The notes under the pieces were generated by a model that saw nothing but the letters and a program-made list of their open reading frames with translations, did not search any database and was not told where the DNA came from. Position numbers and translations under genes: made by a program. Of a stretch of 64,000 nucleotides of DNA, positions 58,273 to 64,000 are shown piece after piece. Each line of letters opens with the position of its first letter. The stretch's first letter is position 1. The DNA is from the human T2T-CHM13v2.0 reference genome, Homo sapiens: NCBI RefSeq assembly GCF_009914755.1, contig NC_060930.1. One strand, written 5' to 3'.

Positions 58273-58661
58273 TATAGTAATCATCTCAGGCTACCATAAC
58301 AGAATGCCAAATGGATGATTTAAACAACAGAAATTGATCCTCACAGTTGTGGAGACTAGGAAGCATGAGATAAAGGTGCTGGATAATTCAGTTCCTGGTG
58401 AGGACTCTTTCCCTGGCTTGCAGACAGCTGCCTTCTTACTTTACCTTTCCTCCTTGATGCATACACATTAAGAAGAAGGGAGATCTCTCTTTCTTCCCAT
58501 CATAAGGCCACTAATTCATGATGAAATCTTGCATATTAAAAAGAAAAGCCACTAGTCCTAAGAGACCCACCCTTATAACCTCACCTAACCCTAATTATCT
58601 CCCAAAGCCCTCATTTCCAAATTAACAAATGAATATTGGGGAAATAAAAACAGTTCATAAC
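58273..58661 (-). mobile_element. MLT1A/B-like MaLR LTR
   Basis: caggctaccataacagaat...ttaaacaacagaaatt...cctggtgaggactc...ggcttgcagacagctgccttc...cagttcataaca. Confidence 0.75.
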
Positions 58662-58989
58662 ACCTTCTTTATTGAATAATAATCTCTCAGCTCAGAAGAA
58701 CTCTGGAACACCAAGGCAAAAAAAAAAGGCAGCATTATGTTAAAATAAAAACATTTAAAGTCAAATTGGAAGAAATATTTATCATTGTAATAACAATGCT
58801 GCTGAGTTTGGTTGACTTATACATTATTTACTGCGGGCCAGGTGCTCTTCTATAACATTTCTATTCTCTATTATACATACTCATTCAATGTGCAAATATG
58901 ATAAATCTAAGGGTCCTAAATATACAGTTTATATATTTGTTATAGAGTATATATAACTAGTACTGTAACAGAGAAACAAATAATATAAA

Positions 58990-59560
58990 AAGATATCTCC
59001 CCTGGTTTTATGAATTCACTAACAAACATATGAGACATTATTAGCCTCATTAGTTATCCATGAAATGCAAATTAAAACAGCAAAATGTCATTTCTTCACC
59101 CATGAAATTAATGAATATTAAAGAAAATGATGGTGAGAAGACATTGAGATTATCACTCAACTGTCATTGATGGAAGTATAAATTAGTATGACTTTCCTAA
59201 AAAGCAATTTGACAATATATGCAACAAGAGCTTTACAGATTTTTCTCCTCATCAAGCCAGTAATCATTTTCTGGCATACTTCTCAGAAATTAAAAAATGA
59301 ATGATTGTAACAGCTGGGTAATAAATCCTTATATAAGTCAGATTGTTTCAAAAAATACAAAGAAGGACCTAATAATTTTGAGACAGAGATCTATGTTTTT
59401 TTTTTTTTGGCATATAATGAACTTTTTAAAAATTCAAAAAACTGAGTATCTCTGAGTATCACTAAAATAATTGCAATTTACATTTGATTGTGAAAAAGTT
59501 TCTTGGTGTCTACACACATATAATTGAGAAAGAGGACTAAATTGATGCTGAATTTATTAG
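58990..59560 (+). mobile_element. Old L1M(E) 3' fragment
   Basis: gaaatgcaaattaaaacagcaa, tggaagtataaattagt, gcaatttgacaatat motifs. Confidence 0.55.
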
Positions 59561-60819
59561 GAATAACATCTATCCAGTGATAACTAAATTTTTTAAAAAC
59601 TGAAACCCTTTCTCAGAACCTAATTTTCAATAAAACTTAAATGTTTTATTAGCTTTATCAAAATATGTGATATATTTTTGTTTCATCAACAATAACTTCA
59701 ACATATATACTTATTTTGCTGTAGAGAAACACAATTGCTTTGTATCATTGAATACATTACTTTAGGATAAACTTCTAAGGAAGAAAGTCTAATAAAAATA
59801 GGAGTTCAAGGGGAAAAAACGTAGAAGTTCTTGCTATTAATGATGAGCTTCCATGCATTTTTAAAAACAGACAACAGGGTATCAAATCACTATGGTATTG
59901 ATGTTATTCTTGAAATAATTTAAAGTATTAGAATGTCCTTTGCAATTATTTAAACTTAGGATGAAAAATGTTAGATTTTAATGAAAAAAATATTCAAGAT
60001 AATACATCCTTGTAATAATCACTTTAGGGGACATGTAAGTGGAAAACTTTGAAGAACATTATTATAGTGTACTTGGTGTATTGTTTGCCATCCAATAATT
60101 AGGATTTGGAATCAAAGCCTTCTGTAACACTTGTCCTAAGTCTTGTTTTACAGGGCGTCATATTTTTCAATGCATCTAGTATATGTTCCTTGGGTTTTGC
60201 TATATAAATTATAGTAGGCAGAGCAAAACTCTTATTATATGTGGAGTGAGAATCAGGGTAGCAGCTCCCAACCAAGGATATTTTCAAAAAAGCTGCTAAT
60301 ATGGAACAAGCTTTAGTGTCTCAGAGTTATCAGCCCTTCTTTAACACCAGCTCCCAAACACGCTTAATTTAAAATCATTTGATTTAAATGTGGAAAAGTT
60401 TCTTCAAGGTAAAAATCATAAAAAGAAAATTTAAATTACTGGTCTTCCTTAAGGACTGGCAAAATTCTTGGAGAAGGAGGCTTTTTCACCTTTAACCCAA
60501 TTTTCTTCAGAAGTTACTCTGAGTGATCTTTTAGATACTTTAGCACAGTCAGTTTTCTTCAAAAGTTAATCATTGTAATATTTTAGATAAGAGGAACCAA
60601 GAAGCTCTTGAATTAACTAAAAATAGAAATACAGATAGTTCAGATATTAGAAATTAGATGTGAAAACTATTTTATGATCAAGTTTCCCTCTGCAAAATAT
60701 CCAACTGGGGAAAAAAAGCCTTGAGAAACCTTATTCCTCTGCCTTTTCCCCCAACAATCCCAACTAAATTCATAGTTCCCAATTCCTATTTACATGTTGG
60801 CTTATGGCAATAGGCATCT

Positions 60820-61560
60820 GTTCCCATCACTCCAAAATACTCTAGACCTGCTCTCTAGGTCAGCCCTGAACTTATAGACTTCAGCTCCAGTGGTTTCTAC
60901 TTAACTTTCATCTGGTTCACTTCTCTCAATTATTTGACATAGTTGATCATTTCCTTTTTGTTAAACCTGCTGTCAACCCTGACATCTGTGATTTTTACTC
61001 TTCTGACACTACTACTATGGTTTGAACTGTTCCTTCTAAGGTATCTCTCCCTTTATGCATCCTGTAAGTGGAGAAAGGCATTCCTCAAAGTTGTTCTTAG
61101 CCCTCTCTTGGCCCTTCGCTCTCAATGGACCATTTGTTTTGCTTCTATGGCTTTAAATATCACCACCCTGCAAAGTATTTTCTAAATATACATTTTCAAA
61201 GAAATCTTACCTAAAAGATGTCTCAGTTCTAACTGTTCAGCTTCTTCAACACTGTAAGCTCAACATATCCTCATCTTCTCTCCTTTCACACCCATAATAC
61301 TTACCCCTCTCTTGCCCCAATCCCTTCATTTCAAATCAGTACTTCTCCCAGTTCTGGGAGTCAGTGAAAAGCACCATCATCTTCTAAACGTCTTTAAACT
61401 CCGCTCCCTCACTTCTCTCCATCCAATGGAATCATCAAATCCTTTTGACCTCATTCTGCAACATCTGTCTGCCCCGTTCTCACTTTTCACTGCCACAACC
61501 CTAATTCTGAGCCTCATCATTTCTGACCTGATCTAGTCTTCAATATTCTAACTGCACTTC
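60820..61560 (+). mobile_element. L2 fragment
   Basis: tatttgacatagttgatcatt, tcctcaaagttgttcttagccctct, cactgccacaaccctaattctgagcctcatcatttct. Confidence 0.6.
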
Positions 61561-61967
61561 CAGCTTAAGTACCACTATCTCCATTAACAATTACCCAACT
61601 AACAGTGTCCTTTCTCTATCTTCCCATTACATTTTACCCATACAATCAGTTGTACCCATATTCTGCTTCCCTCAAATCAAAGCCCATTTGCTAGGGATAC
61701 ATTCCCCATTAATCCTATTCACAAATCTAAATCCAATCTCCTTGTGGAAATGCACATACAATTGATTTTTACATCATCGCAACCTAACTTGTGGTATAGC
61801 ACATAGCAGGCACTAAAATGCTAAGAAAAACAAATGGATAGCCATTTTTCTTTCAGAAAATTTAGAGTATTCCTTATCAAAATAACATTGTCTAATGAAC
61901 TCGGTATACTTTGATGTATTATCTAGTTACACCTAACAGTTTCTTAAGAATAAAGAATCTTAATTCC

Positions 61968-62291
<324 letters not shown>

Positions 62292-62429
62292 TAATATCAT
62301 AATTAGCATGAGGATGAATGAAGCACGTCCTAGAACATGTTTCAGGATTCTTCGACAAGTGGAGATGCACAATCTCTTATTTAATTCTTCATGTTCTCAG
62401 TAAAACTCCTTTTGTTTTTTCCAAATATT

Positions 62430-62881
62430 TGACAAAAAAGTAACAAATATAAGAAGTCATGTTTACTTGCCAACATAATTTTAGTCTCCCTGATTCTGTT
62501 ACTAAGTATGGATCTCCAAAATAATGCCTTAAAGACATAAACAAGATAGGGCACACAGCTCCCCACATCTCTTGCCTAAGACATTACATTCCTTAAAAAA
62601 TAAATGAACTTGGTCCTTACCTGTTCTTACACATAAAATCATGCCTGCCAAAATCAACAATTATGCCCCCGCAAACTATAACCAAATATACTCTTAGGCC
62701 CAAATTTTAATATAATTTTATACATGCTGGATCTTCACTCCCTACATAAAAACTATAATTTAAGCTGCATTAAAAAAGTCTAACAAAACGTATCTCTAGA
62801 CAATTTTTCCAAAATATAATCCTCAATAAGACTCTAAATAAATTTTAATTCTTTAAACATCTAGTATTTGTTTAGTCAACA
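62430..62881 (+). mobile_element. MER67-like ERV1 solo LTR, strongly G-depleted
   Basis: tg...gtaacaaatataagaag, gcacacagctccccacatctcttgcct, ttttaattctttaaa...ttagtcaaca (TG...CA). Confidence 0.7.
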
Positions 62882-64000
62882 ATACAAACTGGGTGATACA
62901 AGCAACCAAAGCTAAGACACCCCAAGATTTTCCCCATTGAAATGAGAGTTGTGAAGGCACAAGTAATGATTAAATCACTCCCTTTTTGTGATTGTAACAA
63001 AGCTACACTCAGGTGAAAGAAAAATGTAACTGATTGACTGCTCAGAATTGGGCCACTGTCTGTGACTCTCCTTACGAACTTCCCTCCAGGGGAAATTCCT
63101 TGTTCACTTTGGCCCTTGCTGGAGGGGAAGGTGACTTGCAGCAGAGATTACACGAAAGCTGTTATTTTGTAAAGGTTACAGGAGATGCAACAAGAGGCAG
63201 CGCTGAGCTACCCAGGTGCAGCGAGAGGAGAACATCAAAAGAGGAGTAAAGATAGCACAGAGTGGAGCTGCTTTCTCTGTAGCTTATCTGAGCTCCTTCA
63301 GTTGAGAAATCAAGACTTGCAATCTCAAGATAAAAAGCTTGCTTGTGACAAAGCCAGTGTTTCTTGACTAAGTTGGAAGTACCATAGAAGCAGTTTTTCT
63401 TGCAACCAATCTATTTCTCTATACAGTATGCAGCTACATGTGAAAATAACTCATGAAACTCTTCCAAGAAACCTTAAGGACTTGAAGAAATGCTTGTATG
63501 GAAGGAGGGGGTTCTAATGTTTCATCTGGAATCCTTTCTACCAGAGCCAACCGACTGCATACACAACTTTAGGACACAAGTGAAAAAGAGAAGCTGGATG
63601 CCAAGTCCAGATTCCAAGATATGAGGCCAAGTGAAATGGGAGGGAAATTATTATTGCCACTTAATATGTATTAAATACAACATTTGAGAGATCACAGACC
63701 CAGAAACACCAGGGCAAGGAATTGGAACTTCTGCCAGCAGGAGCAGCTAACGCCAACTGAAAGAGCCCAGGATTGTCCCAAGAGTGAACAATGTATCAAG
63801 ACAGAAAATGAACTGGATAAGAGTTTTACTTCCTAGACCTTCTGGTCTGAAATGCAGGGAGAGAACTCTGTCTTTATGCCAGTTTATTTAACTTAAATGA
63901 AACAAATAATATTCAAAGTTGAGCTGAGCTCACAGAAGTAGAAAAAAGATGTTCTCACAAAATTATTTCTATGCCCTACAGTGGCACCGATACTCCAAGG

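Noticed and set aside
63000-63400. Cluster of GATA-like motifs as a possible enhancer
   Set aside because: Short motifs at a frequency compatible with chance; not supportable without chromatin data.

Overview
Human-type (primate) genomic DNA, AT-rich and repeat-dense. Bases 1-~14.2 kb hold the last seven exons of LAMA2 (laminin alpha-2; exons 59-65 by standard numbering) on the + strand. All seven have GT-AG junctions and splice in frame to encode the LG4-LG5 dystroglycan-binding domains and the C-terminus (...VQPVSCPAN*), followed by a ~220-nt 3'UTR. The remaining ~50 kb is intergenic sequence made of Alu, L1, L2, L3, MIR, MaLR/ERV LTRs and hAT DNA transposons, with no other credible protein-coding gene. 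I found no convincing new biological system. The most interesting signals are molecular fossils: an apparently APOBEC3 G-to-A hypermutated ERV LTR (62.4-62.9 kb), a near-perfect local copy of part of an ancient L1, an irregular array of a 17-bp motif, a twin-primed (5'-inverted) L1 in LAMA2 intron 62, an L1 with a probable short 3' transduction, two L1PAs sharing odd variants, and a five-level nested insertion stack. Repeat subfamily names are from recalled consensus sequences and need RepeatMasker/Dfam confirmation; boundaries of old repeats are approximate.
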